Below are positions 19,025 to 28,602 of a stretch of DNA of 54,264 nucleotides, in pieces. The notes under the pieces are model-generated. The model was not told the origin of the DNA and ran no database searches. It saw nothing but the letters and a program-made list of their open reading frames with translations. The position numbers and the translations under genes were made by a program. Every line of letters begins with the position of its first letter. The stretch's first letter is position 1. Source of the stretch: a virus (lineage: Duplodnaviria; Caudoviricetes); IMG/VR virus record IMGVR_UViG_3300011439_000001, positions 1 through 54,264 of that record, one strand, 5' to 3'.

Positions 19025-20440
19025 TCAGTATCCGATATTACTTGGAGTTCTAATGAACGGAGTATTCTGCTGAAAATACGTCAATCCCGAACTTTGTAGA
19101 TCATGGTGAGAGTACACGTCACTAAGGCGGGAACCGTAACCATGCACAAAGAAGTAGGTAAAGAAATATCGAAGTGCATCAGGGCCGTGATCGTCGTAAT
19201 CGTGCTGCACTTCAGGAGCATTCTTTCCGTCTTTAGCTTCTTTCAAGTGTAGATTTTCCATCTGTCTAATGAGTTCGATACACGATGAATCTATAAACAA
19301 CTTAGGACGACCATTAGACTGTGGCTTCAACCATCTTCTGATAGCTTCATAACCTTCATTACGATCAACGTCCTGAGAAAAGACTTGTCCAAGAACTAGA
19401 GCCAAAGTAGCTTCTGCATCCGCACCGCGAGGATCACCATACATAGCATCTACTCTGAAGTTCTCTGGATTCTGCCTACCAGGGATACCCTTATCGGGAA
19501 CGCCAACACCCTTAAGAACCATGCCATGTTCCCATGAGGAAAGATAACGCTGCTGATACTCTCTCCACACATAGACATTATCGTCAGGATCGACCATGAT
19601 ATCTAGACAAACAAATGGGTCTGCGTAACCATAGTCGAATACCCAGAAGTTACGCCACTGTGGATTGTAGTTGATCTTATCGAGAACATGAATTTTCGGA
19701 GAGAAGTCACCATAGATTTTACCAACGAAGGAAGTGAACTCGGCAGCAATCTCCTGTGAAAAGTATGGAGTAGATACTGTGGACTCAATTAGTTTAATCT
19801 CAGGATCATCCCTACCACCAGGGTAAACATGATTGTTAGTCCAGGATGGTAGTCTCCAAGATTCATAATCGGGATGCAATGATTTAATCTGACCCATCAA
19901 CCATAGCCCCTGATACCAATTGTGGCCTTTGGGTGTTGATGTAAATATTGCCCATCCACGATGGTCAGCCAATGCAGGACGTACAAACATTTCCCATGTA
20001 TCTACATCGTGTCGAGCTGCCTCTGCCATGATGACACCTTTAAGACCTTCACCCAAGAGTCCATCTTTTCTATCTGCCGACTTCACTTCAACGATGGTTC
20101 CCCAAGGCATCTCAATTCGCATCTGTCCCTGAGAAACGTTATATGACTTCTTGATCTTGCTACCGAGTCCGAGCTTAGTAACTAGGTTGTGATAAAGTAC
20201 CCTGAACTCTTTTTCACCCTGAACATAGTTTGGCCCAACGATCCAATAATACCCAGGATCAGTAGCATCCATTACAGCGGCCGTAAGTTCATTTCCACCG
20301 AATGTCGTTTTACCCCAACGGCGCCCACAGCAAAGAATCCTGAACCGCTGTTCGGAGTTGTGACATTCCCACTGTTCCGTGGAATGAGGGCGGTAATCTA
20401 GCTTTTTAAATAACCACTCCCGCTTCCCCGCGTCAATCAT
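19025..20440 (-). CDS. terL: Terminase large subunit
   Basis: Walker A CGRRWGKT, Walker B-like VIMAEAA, STPKG, and nuclease motifs FDYGYADP and DHGPDALRY. Confidence 0.95.
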   Translation of the reverse strand: MIDAGKREWLFKKLDYRPHSTEQWECHNSEQRFRILCCGRRWGKTTFGGNELTAAVMDATDPGYYWIVGPNYVQGEKEFRVLYHNLVTKLGLGSKIKKSYNVSQGQMRIEMPWGTIVEVKSADRKDGLLGEGLKGVIMAEAARHDVDTWEMFVRPALADHRGWAIFTSTPKGHNWYQGLWLMGQIKSLHPDYESWRLPSWTNNHVYPGGRDDPEIKLIESTVSTPYFSQEIAAEFTSFVGKIYGDFSPKIHVLDKINYNPQWRNFWVFDYGYADPFVCLDIMVDPDDNVYVWREYQQRYLSSWEHGMVLKGVGVPDKGIPGRQNPENFRVDAMYGDPRGADAEATLALVLGQVFSQDVDRNEGYEAIRRWLKPQSNGRPKLFIDSSCIELIRQMENLHLKEAKDGKNAPEVQHDYDDHGPDALRYFFTYFFVHGYGSRLSDVYSHHDLQSSGLTYFQQNTPFIRTPSNIGY

Positions 20441-20765
20441 CTTCTACACGAAACTTTCCAATGAGCAACAACGGAGTAGCGGAACCATCTACGAAAGTAA
20501 TATACAATCTGTATTCGTCGCCTTGAACGCCGGATGCAACTAAGTCTTGATCCCACGATGCGCCAGTTGTATCAATGAGACAGATTACTTTCATACCGTC
20601 CGTACTTGGAGTACCACTTGCAACCTCAACATTACCGGCTGAATCCTTGATACTAAATCTAAGGTTGCTAACTGTACTCATATCGGTGAGAGTTTCAAGC
20701 CTGTCTCGCATATCGACTATGAGAGGTTCAACCGTGTTCTTCTGCAATACACCTAGGAAGTTCAT
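20433..20765 (-). CDS. BppU-N-like adaptor protein; paralog of 26075..26392
   Basis: Shares G-V-x-Q, DR, CL[IV]DT, W and EYRL[YF] with 26075..26392. Confidence 0.65.
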   Translation of the reverse strand: MNFLGVLQKNTVEPLIVDMRDRLETLTDMSTVSNLRFSIKDSAGNVEVASGTPSTDGMKVICLIDTTGASWDQDLVASGVQGDEYRLYITFVDGSATPLLLIGKFRVEDD

Positions 20766-22468
20766 TTAAATGCATACCTCCTTGCTCCTGTAAGTGCTTC
20801 ATATCGCTTGTAACCAGTGTGTGCCCATCGAAACGTAGCACCAGCAACATACAAGCTCATCGTTGGGGCAATGAACAGAATTACTTGAAGATCAAAGTAA
20901 ACTGTAGCTGAATCGGTATAAGTAAATTCTTCACTACTTGTAATAGTAAGTAGCAGCGGAACTGTAGTGGAATCTACATACTCGGCAGTATCCACACTAG
21001 AGGGTTGAAGATCGAGATAAACTTGGGCGGTATCAATAAATTCACTAACATCAACCGACTGAAGGCTAATATCAAGATAGACCTCCGCTGAGTCTATATA
21101 TTCGGTTCCGCCTCCACCACCTGAAGTGTATTCGTCAACACCACTAGGCTGAAGATCAAAGTAAACTTCTGTGGAATCTACAAAGTCTGCTACATCGACC
21201 GACGAAGGTACAAGTGCCAGAGGTACTGTTGCTGCATCTGTGAATTCGGCGATATCACTAGTTGTGATGGATATGTCGAAGTAGATTGTTTCAGTGTCGG
21301 AGTAATCTGTGGACTCCACACTGGTAACTGATAGTTCAAGATATACCTCCGCACTATCTAGATACTCACGTTCCTGTACTTCAGTACCGCTGGCAGTTAG
21401 ATCAAGATAAACTTCAGCAGCATCATAAGTAGTATGTTCTTCAACTGTGGTGCTAGGAGTTAGAGTAAAAGGAACTGTAGCAGCGTCTACAAAGTCTGCT
21501 ACATCTGTTGCCGAAGGTGTGAGAAGCAGATATACGGTTGCAGAATCAACGAACTGTGCGTGTTCAGTTGCAGGAACATAAGTACCGCCACCAAAGTCAT
21601 CAAAAGTTGCGATAGTGCCGTTGATCTCAACACCGATATATCCGGCAGCGGAGATTGAGTCATCAGTGGTGCTGATCCGTCGAGTCCATGATCCACTGGA
21701 ATACGTCCATAGTTCGATTTGTGAATTAATACAACGAATTCCGATCTTGTCCCCGGTATCAAGAGCGATCCCGAAGCTCGATCCGATCTGTGACCATCCG
21801 CCGTTTATATATCTGCCGAGTCGTACCGACGTTCCATCTGTAGTTGCTAGATAGCCGTCTATGGTTGCGCTACTGCCAGGTTGCTGGATACGGGCGAGAA
21901 CGCTACATGAGGCCCCTATAGGGACACCTATCGTTACATAGGCTTCACAATCGGGGCCGTATGTAGTAGGATTCCACCAGGCGTTATTGAAATCTGCAAC
22001 GGTACCTGCAATTACGTTGGAGACCAATTGTATATCGTTTGCGGCTGTACCGCCAGTTGGCGTACTCCAGTTTCCGGTGATTGGGTTCTGATCGGCTCTT
22101 GTAAAGGTGTCGAGAATTTCTGTAGTTGGAAAGAAGGGCGCAATTTCAGCAACTGTAAGATTGAGATAGACTTCTGCTGCATCAACCTTCTCATGTATTT
22201 CTGTCCCTGACGCTTGAAGATCAAGATATACCTCTGCGCTATCTACGAAGTCTGCAGTTTCAGTTGCACTTACTGTAAGGTCAAGATAAACAGTGGCGCT
22301 ATCGACGTAATCAGCAACGTCGGTTGTTGTAACTGTAAGGTCAAGATAAACAGTGGCGCTATCTACATATTCAACGGGAGGAGTATATGCGCCACCTACG
22401 ACAAAGACAGAACGAAACAGCCCTTTTCGTAGCGGTCGCCGTCTAGCTCTTATTGGATAACGTGGCAT
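20762..22468 (-). CDS. Fibre-like virion protein with about 15 20-aa repeats and an inserted lectin-like domain
   Basis: Repeat consensus [DE][FY]VDSA[TE]VYLDLxxS; central ILDTFTRADQNP...DDFGGG domain. Confidence 0.8.
   Translation of the reverse strand: MPRYPIRARRRPLRKGLFRSVFVVGGAYTPPVEYVDSATVYLDLTVTTTDVADYVDSATVYLDLTVSATETADFVDSAEVYLDLQASGTEIHEKVDAAEVYLNLTVAEIAPFFPTTEILDTFTRADQNPITGNWSTPTGGTAANDIQLVSNVIAGTVADFNNAWWNPTTYGPDCEAYVTIGVPIGASCSVLARIQQPGSSATIDGYLATTDGTSVRLGRYINGGWSQIGSSFGIALDTGDKIGIRCINSQIELWTYSSGSWTRRISTTDDSISAAGYIGVEINGTIATFDDFGGGTYVPATEHAQFVDSATVYLLLTPSATDVADFVDAATVPFTLTPSTTVEEHTTYDAAEVYLDLTASGTEVQEREYLDSAEVYLELSVTSVESTDYSDTETIYFDISITTSDIAEFTDAATVPLALVPSSVDVADFVDSTEVYFDLQPSGVDEYTSGGGGGTEYIDSAEVYLDISLQSVDVSEFIDTAQVYLDLQPSSVDTAEYVDSTTVPLLLTITSSEEFTYTDSATVYFDLQVILFIAPTMSLYVAGATFRWAHTGYKRYEALTGARRYAFK
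22272..22363. repeat. Two identical 32-bp copies at 60-bp period (coding repeat)
   Basis: actgtaaggtcaagataaacagtggcgctatc at 22272-22303 and 22332-22363. Confidence 0.9.
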
Positions 22469-22487
22469 TTACTAATAGACTGATAGA

Positions 22488-22967
22488 CTAAACAGATTCA
22501 AGAACCCAAAGAGTTGCGGTCATAGATACATCGTCTGTAGGCGCAGCTAGAAGTCTTAGAACTAGCAAATCTCCTCCCGAAGTTTGTGGCCCCATATTTT
22601 CAGGATAGAAGAATTCATAACCTGCACGAACATTGAATGCTAATGATTCCAAGTTAAGAGCTGTACCTGCTGAAGCAATGGTTGTATTGTAAGCTTCACA
22701 AGTAAATCCCGCAGCAGCATCAGCAGGAGAAACAGGACGAGGCGTAGGTGTTGAGTTAGGCGTAGAACCTGAAGTAGTATGTCCACGAATCCAACGAAGT
22801 CGTAGCCATTCTTCCTGTGCTTCCTGAAGTTCTGATATGGTATAAATCTTCATACCTACAACTTCAATAGGTTTATCTGTTGCAGCATCTAACTCAAAAA
22901 GGTCTGCATCACCACCAGCAGTTGTGACAGTAACGTTTTCAAACTCAACAGTATAGAGTCGTGACAT
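22488..22967 (-). CDS. Putative virion beta-sandwich protein
   Basis: 159 aa, beta-strand rich, within the virion cassette. Confidence 0.65.
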   Translation of the reverse strand: MSRLYTVEFENVTVTTAGGDADLFELDAATDKPIEVVGMKIYTISELQEAQEEWLRLRWIRGHTTSGSTPNSTPTPRPVSPADAAAGFTCEAYNTTIASAGTALNLESLAFNVRAGYEFFYPENMGPQTSGGDLLVLRLLAAPTDDVSMTATLWVLESV

Positions 22968-22975
22968 ATAACCAA

Positions 22976-23692
22976 TTACCTCCTAGTAAGAAAACGATCA
23001 CCCGAACGTCTACGCATAGTCTCATATACAGAACCCGGTACACCCGGAATAACCTCAGCAATACAGCAAGCTACAAAAGCAAGGTCATCTGAAGTTAGTG
23101 TTGACCAACCTATTGTATGATCGGCAGTATCAATAGTTGTCTCATGACACGCTTGTGAATTGAAAGCTGTATGATCGGCGGTACCATCAAGTGTATTACC
23201 TGCTGCTAGTGTTCCACCAGGCGCAGCACCACCACCGTACATTTGACAAACACATGATCCAGAACGGCCACCTTTCGTAAGTGTTACTGTCGGGTTAGCT
23301 GCATTTTCAGAGATGCCCTCAGAATCAATAACTTCTAGATCAGCACTCGTATCACTACCACGATACCAAACATTGATATGGATATCATCACCTGTTGCAG
23401 ATGTAAGGTCAACTACGAGAGTGCCTGCACCTGAAGTAAACGTACCACCTAACTTTGCGCCAAAGTAGAGAATCGCGTCACCGAATTCGGTCACGGTGTC
23501 AGTAGCACGGATTACGCGAGTAAATGTTACTCCATCAAACGTAATTTGATTAATATGATCTGTAACCGTTGCACCATGACTTAGACCAACTGCAATACCT
23601 CGTGTATTAGCTGGCACCGTGATTGCCATGTTGTACGGATCGCTTGTATCAGTACGAGTTGCAGCTTGATCGCCTAGATCAGTGACAGCCAT
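22976..23692 (-). CDS. Putative virion/fibre protein
   Basis: Thr/Gly/Ala-rich, 238 aa, Arg-rich C-terminal tail. Confidence 0.65.
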   Translation of the reverse strand: MAVTDLGDQAATRTDTSDPYNMAITVPANTRGIAVGLSHGATVTDHINQITFDGVTFTRVIRATDTVTEFGDAILYFGAKLGGTFTSGAGTLVVDLTSATGDDIHINVWYRGSDTSADLEVIDSEGISENAANPTVTLTKGGRSGSCVCQMYGGGAAPGGTLAAGNTLDGTADHTAFNSQACHETTIDTADHTIGWSTLTSDDLAFVACCIAEVIPGVPGSVYETMRRRSGDRFLTRR

Positions 23693-23952
23693 TAATCCAC
23701 GATCCTGAAGTAGCGATCTTTCCGGTTAGGTCGATCTGGCGTACCATCACCATCTGAGTATTCTTTCCATGCATGGAATTCATTGTCATTCATTCGTTCA
23801 ATATCCCAACCATGCAAATCTGCGCCATTCATCTTTCGTTCAAGCGTTTTACTTACGCTTTCATTCTTCAACTTAGGAATAACAATTGGCGGAGCATCAT
23901 CTTTCACACCGTCACGATACTGTTCGCAAATTACTTTCATCATTAACGCCAA
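23692..23952 (-). CDS. Hypothetical protein
   Basis: 86-aa ORF coupled on both sides. Confidence 0.65.
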   Translation of the reverse strand: MALMMKVICEQYRDGVKDDAPPIVIPKLKNESVSKTLERKMNGADLHGWDIERMNDNEFHAWKEYSDGDGTPDRPNRKDRYFRIVD

Positions 23953-24581
23953 GACCTTCTACGTGATACGTAAAGAGATTGTTTCTCTGCTGCAGCTGTA
24001 ACTTCTCCACCACCGAAATCATCTACACGAGCTTGGTCATCTTCAAGATATATTCCGATCTTACCCGCCCCTACAACGCTGCTATCTGTGACAGTTACAA
24101 CAGATACCCAATCAGAAGCACCTGCTTTATGGAATAACTCAAGACTCGTTCCATTCACTGTAAGCCAAACACCATCTCCGTTCGTGAAAGTCCCTGCGGA
24201 AAAGGCGAGAACTGCGCCACTGGAAGAGTGCCTACCAATCTCAAATCGTCCTAGGTTGTTGCACCAGCCACCGAAGTAACCTATGTAAGATGCTGTATTC
24301 TCATTTTGGATACGACATAGAACTATAGAGCGCAAGTCACCCAACCCGGATCGAGGTTGAATAGGGATAAACATAAACGCTTCTTGTATCTCATTGTAGT
24401 TAGTATCCCATACTCCCTCAGAAACTCCTAAAGTTACGTGCCGAGCACATTGGTTAGAAACACGCCTAAGCCGGGAACTAGAAGGTTGCATTGGATTAGG
24501 TTGCCACGTCCCACCCTCAGACAATGGATCTTCGTCTGACCCTGTAAAGGTTGTTAGAATAGAATTTATGGGAGCTGGCAT
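23943..24581 (-). CDS. Lectin-like beta-sandwich virion protein
   Basis: ILTTFTGSDEDPLSEGGTW...GKIGI...VDDFGGG, one of four paralogs. Confidence 0.7.
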   Translation of the reverse strand: MPAPINSILTTFTGSDEDPLSEGGTWQPNPMQPSSSRLRRVSNQCARHVTLGVSEGVWDTNYNEIQEAFMFIPIQPRSGLGDLRSIVLCRIQNENTASYIGYFGGWCNNLGRFEIGRHSSSGAVLAFSAGTFTNGDGVWLTVNGTSLELFHKAGASDWVSVVTVTDSSVVGAGKIGIYLEDDQARVDDFGGGEVTAAAEKQSLYVSRRRSWR

Positions 24582-24590
24582 TTAAATCAA

Positions 24591-25667
24591 TTACCAACGC
24601 AATGATGCAGGTACAGGAACTTTGCCACCATCTACATTCGGAATTGTAGTTATAGTACCGGGATTTCCGGGTAGCTGTCCCTTCCCTGCTCGCACAAATA
24701 CAACAGGCTTATCATTGAAACATTCTTGTGGAGTCTTACCGATACGTCTTGCAGCCACTTCTACCTCTGCACGAGAAGGCATACCATTAGAATTATATCC
24801 GCCCTCCCATAGTGTTGAGAAATGCTGCTCAAACCAATGCGTGTTGATATTGAATGCTTCTACGCGAGGCGCATCTTCTCCTGCAAGCCAAGCTCTTACT
24901 GATCCCTGATGTGGCATCCATTGTGCTCCCCATACAACTTCCATCCAAATCCAAATCCACTGTCCAAGTCGTTGTTGCATTTCAGCATGGCTCAATAGTT
25001 TATAGTGGTAGTCTCCTGAACCCGGATCGTAGGGACTCCAATCTTCAGCTTGACAGATAACTTGCAAACCATCTGCATTGGCCCAATAATCAATAGCAAG
25101 TGAAGCAACACCTGTGCGGTTAGGATCGCCAGGGTATGCAGGTAGTGCCCAACCATGCGGCTTGTCCGACGGAGCTGTGTGATAATCAATCATACGACCG
25201 GGAATGCCTTGAATAACACGAATACCATGCAACGCATACATTTTCTGTGGTGGTGCATAACGTGGTGGCGATGTAAGATAGGGCGACGATGGTGCCCATG
25301 CAACAATATTGTGCTTGTCTCCGTTCGGATCACCTACGGGAGCTTGCTGTGTTGTTGGTGAATCACAAATCATCCATGCGGCTATCTCACCTGATTCAAT
25401 CACGACCTTACTTGCAGGCAACATATTTGTAATAGGATCAGGTTCGGGTTCGGGCGTAGTACCTGCACGAATGTTATCTTCAAGTCCAACGAGCACTCTA
25501 CCCATCTTTGAGTAGTTTGTAGTGTTAGCTGGACGAGTACCACCACTCATATATTGTGCAATAGCAAGGTACTCACTATTGTACTGTGTCTTATATGACT
25601 TAGTAGGATTCTTCTGAACGTAGTCTGAATCCCATAGATTTTCAAGAATCTGATCTAGTGTATCCAT
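24591..25667 (-). CDS. Putative polysaccharide lyase-like (beta-jelly-roll) protein
   Basis: N-terminal helical domain, PEPEPDP linker, then GQWIWIWMEVVWG...GSVRAWL...WEGGY, reminiscent of the polysaccharide lyase/ConA fold. Confidence 0.5.
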   Translation of the reverse strand: MDTLDQILENLWDSDYVQKNPTKSYKTQYNSEYLAIAQYMSGGTRPANTTNYSKMGRVLVGLEDNIRAGTTPEPEPDPITNMLPASKVVIESGEIAAWMICDSPTTQQAPVGDPNGDKHNIVAWAPSSPYLTSPPRYAPPQKMYALHGIRVIQGIPGRMIDYHTAPSDKPHGWALPAYPGDPNRTGVASLAIDYWANADGLQVICQAEDWSPYDPGSGDYHYKLLSHAEMQQRLGQWIWIWMEVVWGAQWMPHQGSVRAWLAGEDAPRVEAFNINTHWFEQHFSTLWEGGYNSNGMPSRAEVEVAARRIGKTPQECFNDKPVVFVRAGKGQLPGNPGTITTIPNVDGGKVPVPASLRW

Positions 25668-25739
25668 ATCTCGTATCCCCTAACTACTACTCTTTACGAT
25701 CATCAAACAATTGTTCTATTGCAACAGCTAACTTAAATG

Positions 25740-26078
25740 TCAACCCTTCATAGCTTGCTTCAAGAGTTCTTCCAGTTCTGCGTTCAACGCGTTCCCGTAT
25801 TTGTTTATCAACATTTTCAAACGGTAGTTCAGTCTTACCTGTGAGATAGTTTTTTGCCCTTCTATCTTTGGTACTTCTCCTAGCAGATGCATCGCTACTG
25901 CATGAGTCATATTTCTGGCATTCATTTTCGCTAGGATGTGTTTCCTGTGAGTCTTTACCGTCTCCGATTCTATGTGTAATATTTTTCCTATCTCTTTTGT
26001 GGAGTACCCCTCACCCGCGAGATTAAGCACTTCTCTCTCGCGATCAGTTATATAGAGAACGGATGATGGTCGATTCAT
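25740..26078 (-). CDS. LuxR/GerE-type HTH DNA-binding protein
   Basis: ITDREREVLNLAGEGYSTKEIGKILHIESETVKTHRKHILAKM. Confidence 0.9.
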   Translation of the reverse strand: MNRPSSVLYITDREREVLNLAGEGYSTKEIGKILHIESETVKTHRKHILAKMNARNMTHAVAMHLLGEVPKIEGQKTISQVRLNYRLKMLINKYGNALNAELEELLKQAMKG

Positions 26079-26392
26079 TCCACTACATCAAAGAAGAATG
26101 GCCCTTTCCGTACAACCTCTGACCCAACTGTAAACCACACGAATAATCGGTACTCACCTTCAGCCCAAGCACCGCCGAGAAGAGTATCTACCAAACAGTT
26201 GATAACCATTAGAACTGCTGTAGCTGAAGATGCACCAGCATAAGTTCCATCACCGTACTTAAAAGCATCAGCTTCGTCCATTACGTCAAATTTAGGGCCA
26301 GCCGTAGCTAGTGTCGTAATGGAACCCTCTCGGTCAGTAATGATGACCTGAAAGTTTTCTTTCGATCCCTGAGATACAACACCAATTGGCAT
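26075..26392 (-). CDS. BppU-N-like adaptor protein; paralog of 20433..20765
   Basis: Motifs shared with 20433..20765. Confidence 0.65.
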   Translation of the reverse strand: MPIGVVSQGSKENFQVIITDREGSITTLATAGPKFDVMDEADAFKYGDGTYAGASSATAVLMVINCLVDTLLGGAWAEGEYRLFVWFTVGSEVVRKGPFFFDVVE

Positions 26393-26424
26393 CTACATAA
26401 CCCAACTTTCGTTAACAACAGAAA

Positions 26425-27315
26425 TCAGCATTGGCCGGTACCCAAACGCATAACAGCGTCCCATCGAAGATTAGCGTCATTACCTAGCCAACGCAATTGT
26501 TGGTCGCCAGCATTCCATCTAAGTTGTGCTTCACCATCACCAATAATGAAACAACCAGGAGTGTATTCGTCTACACCCGATGGAGTAAGTGTAAGGTAAA
26601 CAGTTTCACTATCATAGGTAGCAGTATCGGGTACAACTTCAAGATAACGTGGTGGCCGAAGTCGCTGCAACCCCTGTGGCTGATTGAGCATCCAAGTAGG
26701 TTGTAGCTTTATTGCGGTAGGAACGTTAATTGTTCCTGCAAAGAAGTCATCCCCGCGACAAACTGTATTACGTAGGAACAGAATTACGTGCCCTGGGTTC
26801 TTATATGTAGTATCTACAGCCGATACTATTAGTGACCAGGCGCCACCCGTATAATGCCACATTTCAATAGTTGAGCCATGTACACGAACGCCTATTTTAT
26901 CACCAGAAGTATAGTCCGTAGTATTGACCGTAACCAAGTTGGTAAGAGTACCATTATCTACGCGGGTAATAACCCAGCTATCTACTCCAACTTCTTTAAT
27001 AAAACGACAGCGATAACCTGAATAAGTAGCTAGAGTTACATCTTGAGTACGGAGCATGATATCGAAGTTATCACCATTACCAGGTTGTGTTGCAACAGTA
27101 ATATACGCTTCGCAATCAGGACCAAATACACTTGGTGTCCAATATCTCTGTGAAGTAGTAGAAATCGTACCAGCGACTTGATTACCTGTACGCTGTAGCT
27201 GATTTCCTCCACCAACAGCAGTACCCCAATTGCCACCCTCACTTAGAGGATTCTCGTTCGATCCCGTAAAGGATGATCTAAGTGGAATTTGCTCCCCGAA
27301 AGGTAGGTAGGACAT
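26425..27315 (-). CDS. Lectin-like virion protein with one D-S-x-T-V-Y-L repeat and a C-terminal 3x LRW repeat
   Basis: FTGSNENPLSEGGNW...GPDCEAYIT...GDKIGVR...DDFFAG, closely matching the domain inside 20762..22468. Confidence 0.75.
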   Translation of the reverse strand: MSYLPFGEQIPLRSSFTGSNENPLSEGGNWGTAVGGGNQLQRTGNQVAGTISTTSQRYWTPSVFGPDCEAYITVATQPGNGDNFDIMLRTQDVTLATYSGYRCRFIKEVGVDSWVITRVDNGTLTNLVTVNTTDYTSGDKIGVRVHGSTIEMWHYTGGAWSLIVSAVDTTYKNPGHVILFLRNTVCRGDDFFAGTINVPTAIKLQPTWMLNQPQGLQRLRPPRYLEVVPDTATYDSETVYLTLTPSGVDEYTPGCFIIGDGEAQLRWNAGDQQLRWLGNDANLRWDAVMRLGTGQC

Positions 27316-27332
27316 AGCCTACTAGCCTTCGC

Positions 27333-28106
27333 TTAGTTCAAACTTTCGAGAAGGGCAATACTATTAGTAAGCTGCGTTGTTGCAGTTGCCACTGAGAACT
27401 GTACAGTAGGTGACAACGCTTTTGCAGTAGTTGTATCAATTGAAACATCGGCAACAGCGGATACCGGAATAACTCCCATGTCCAAGTTACCCTTAAGTGT
27501 AGTCACCGTAGCATCGTCAAAGTCAACGATGTTCATGCGGCCCATTGTTCTCGCTGATCCAGTTGCTCCTGTACTCTTACAGATCATGTAATATTCAATC
27601 CAACCTGTAAGATCAGTTGATGCAGAAGTTGGATCAGGTGCATACGCTCCCGAAGCTGCGAGAACAACTCCGGCAACTCCACCCCAACGCAAACGGAAGG
27701 TAACTGTGCCAGGTGTAGTAATAACCGTCGAGATATCAAAGAACAACGTGTACTTAAGTACATCGCCGGCCTCAAGATAATCGGCAGCCAACGTAAAGTC
27801 GGGAACCATAATGGTTTCCGTAGTGGTATTCAGTACCTGAGCACCTTCAGCAACAAGTACACGACGCGGCGTTAGAAGATCACGCCAACCTACTGAACTC
27901 GCTTTTGGCTGATGTGCCCAATCTGCACCACCAGCTTTATCAAGTAGCTTTTTAATACTACTTGGCAAACGACTATGCTGCTTAAGTGACACTTGTGCTG
28001 CTGCTTGAATTTCAGGATCAAAAGGATTGTATGTATCGAGATGTGAATACAACAACCCAGGCGGACGCTTTTCTAGTTGTTCTGTTTCAGGATTGAGCCA
28101 CTTCAT
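27333..28106 (-). CDS. Putative virion protein
   Basis: 257 aa with a Thr/Ala-rich beta-sandwich-like C-terminus. Confidence 0.65.
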   Translation of the reverse strand: MKWLNPETEQLEKRPPGLLYSHLDTYNPFDPEIQAAAQVSLKQHSRLPSSIKKLLDKAGGADWAHQPKASSVGWRDLLTPRRVLVAEGAQVLNTTTETIMVPDFTLAADYLEAGDVLKYTLFFDISTVITTPGTVTFRLRWGGVAGVVLAASGAYAPDPTSASTDLTGWIEYYMICKSTGATGSARTMGRMNIVDFDDATVTTLKGNLDMGVIPVSAVADVSIDTTTAKALSPTVQFSVATATTQLTNSIALLESLN

Positions 28107-28107
28107 A

Positions 28108-28602
28108 CTAACCTGCCTTCAATGTTGCAGTAACCTTTTCAGTATCACCGTTAGCAAAGGTTCTTGTTGCAGCAGTATCAGCAGCAAAGAAAAGATCGCC
28201 AGTGTTCGGGCCTGCACCCTGAGTCATAACCCAGCTATTTGCACCGTTGGGGGAAGGTGCCCCGGAAAACGTAAATGTAACCTGATCGGCAGTAGCAGAC
28301 TGACCACCTGTAGCAAACGTGCTATCGAACACAGATGCAGCCCAATCAATACCGCCCTGAGCAATCGTTCTTGCAATAGTCTGTCGTGCATAACCAGCAG
28401 GAGTACCCGAACCAACTTCATTAACATTAGAGCCTGAGATAGTTACTGACCAAACTGAGTTTCTTGCCATATTTGCACCGGAACCGACAACTGTTGTACT
28501 GAGTCCCATAGTCCATGACGCCGGTGGCGTTTCTGTTCCTGAATTTCCGAGAATGTAATCAGAAACCAACTGCGACATTGGCTGAAATACGATAGTAGCC
28601 AT
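28108..28602 (-). CDS. Putative fibre subunit (GYARQ-type Ig-like protein)
   Basis: EVGSGTPAGYARQTI, VTFTFSGA and RTFANGDT, a pattern seen in phage fibre proteins. Confidence 0.65.
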   Translation of the reverse strand: MATIVFQPMSQLVSDYILGNSGTETPPASWTMGLSTTVVGSGANMARNSVWSVTISGSNVNEVGSGTPAGYARQTIARTIAQGGIDWAASVFDSTFATGGQSATADQVTFTFSGAPSPNGANSWVMTQGAGPNTGDLFFAADTAATRTFANGDTEKVTATLKAG

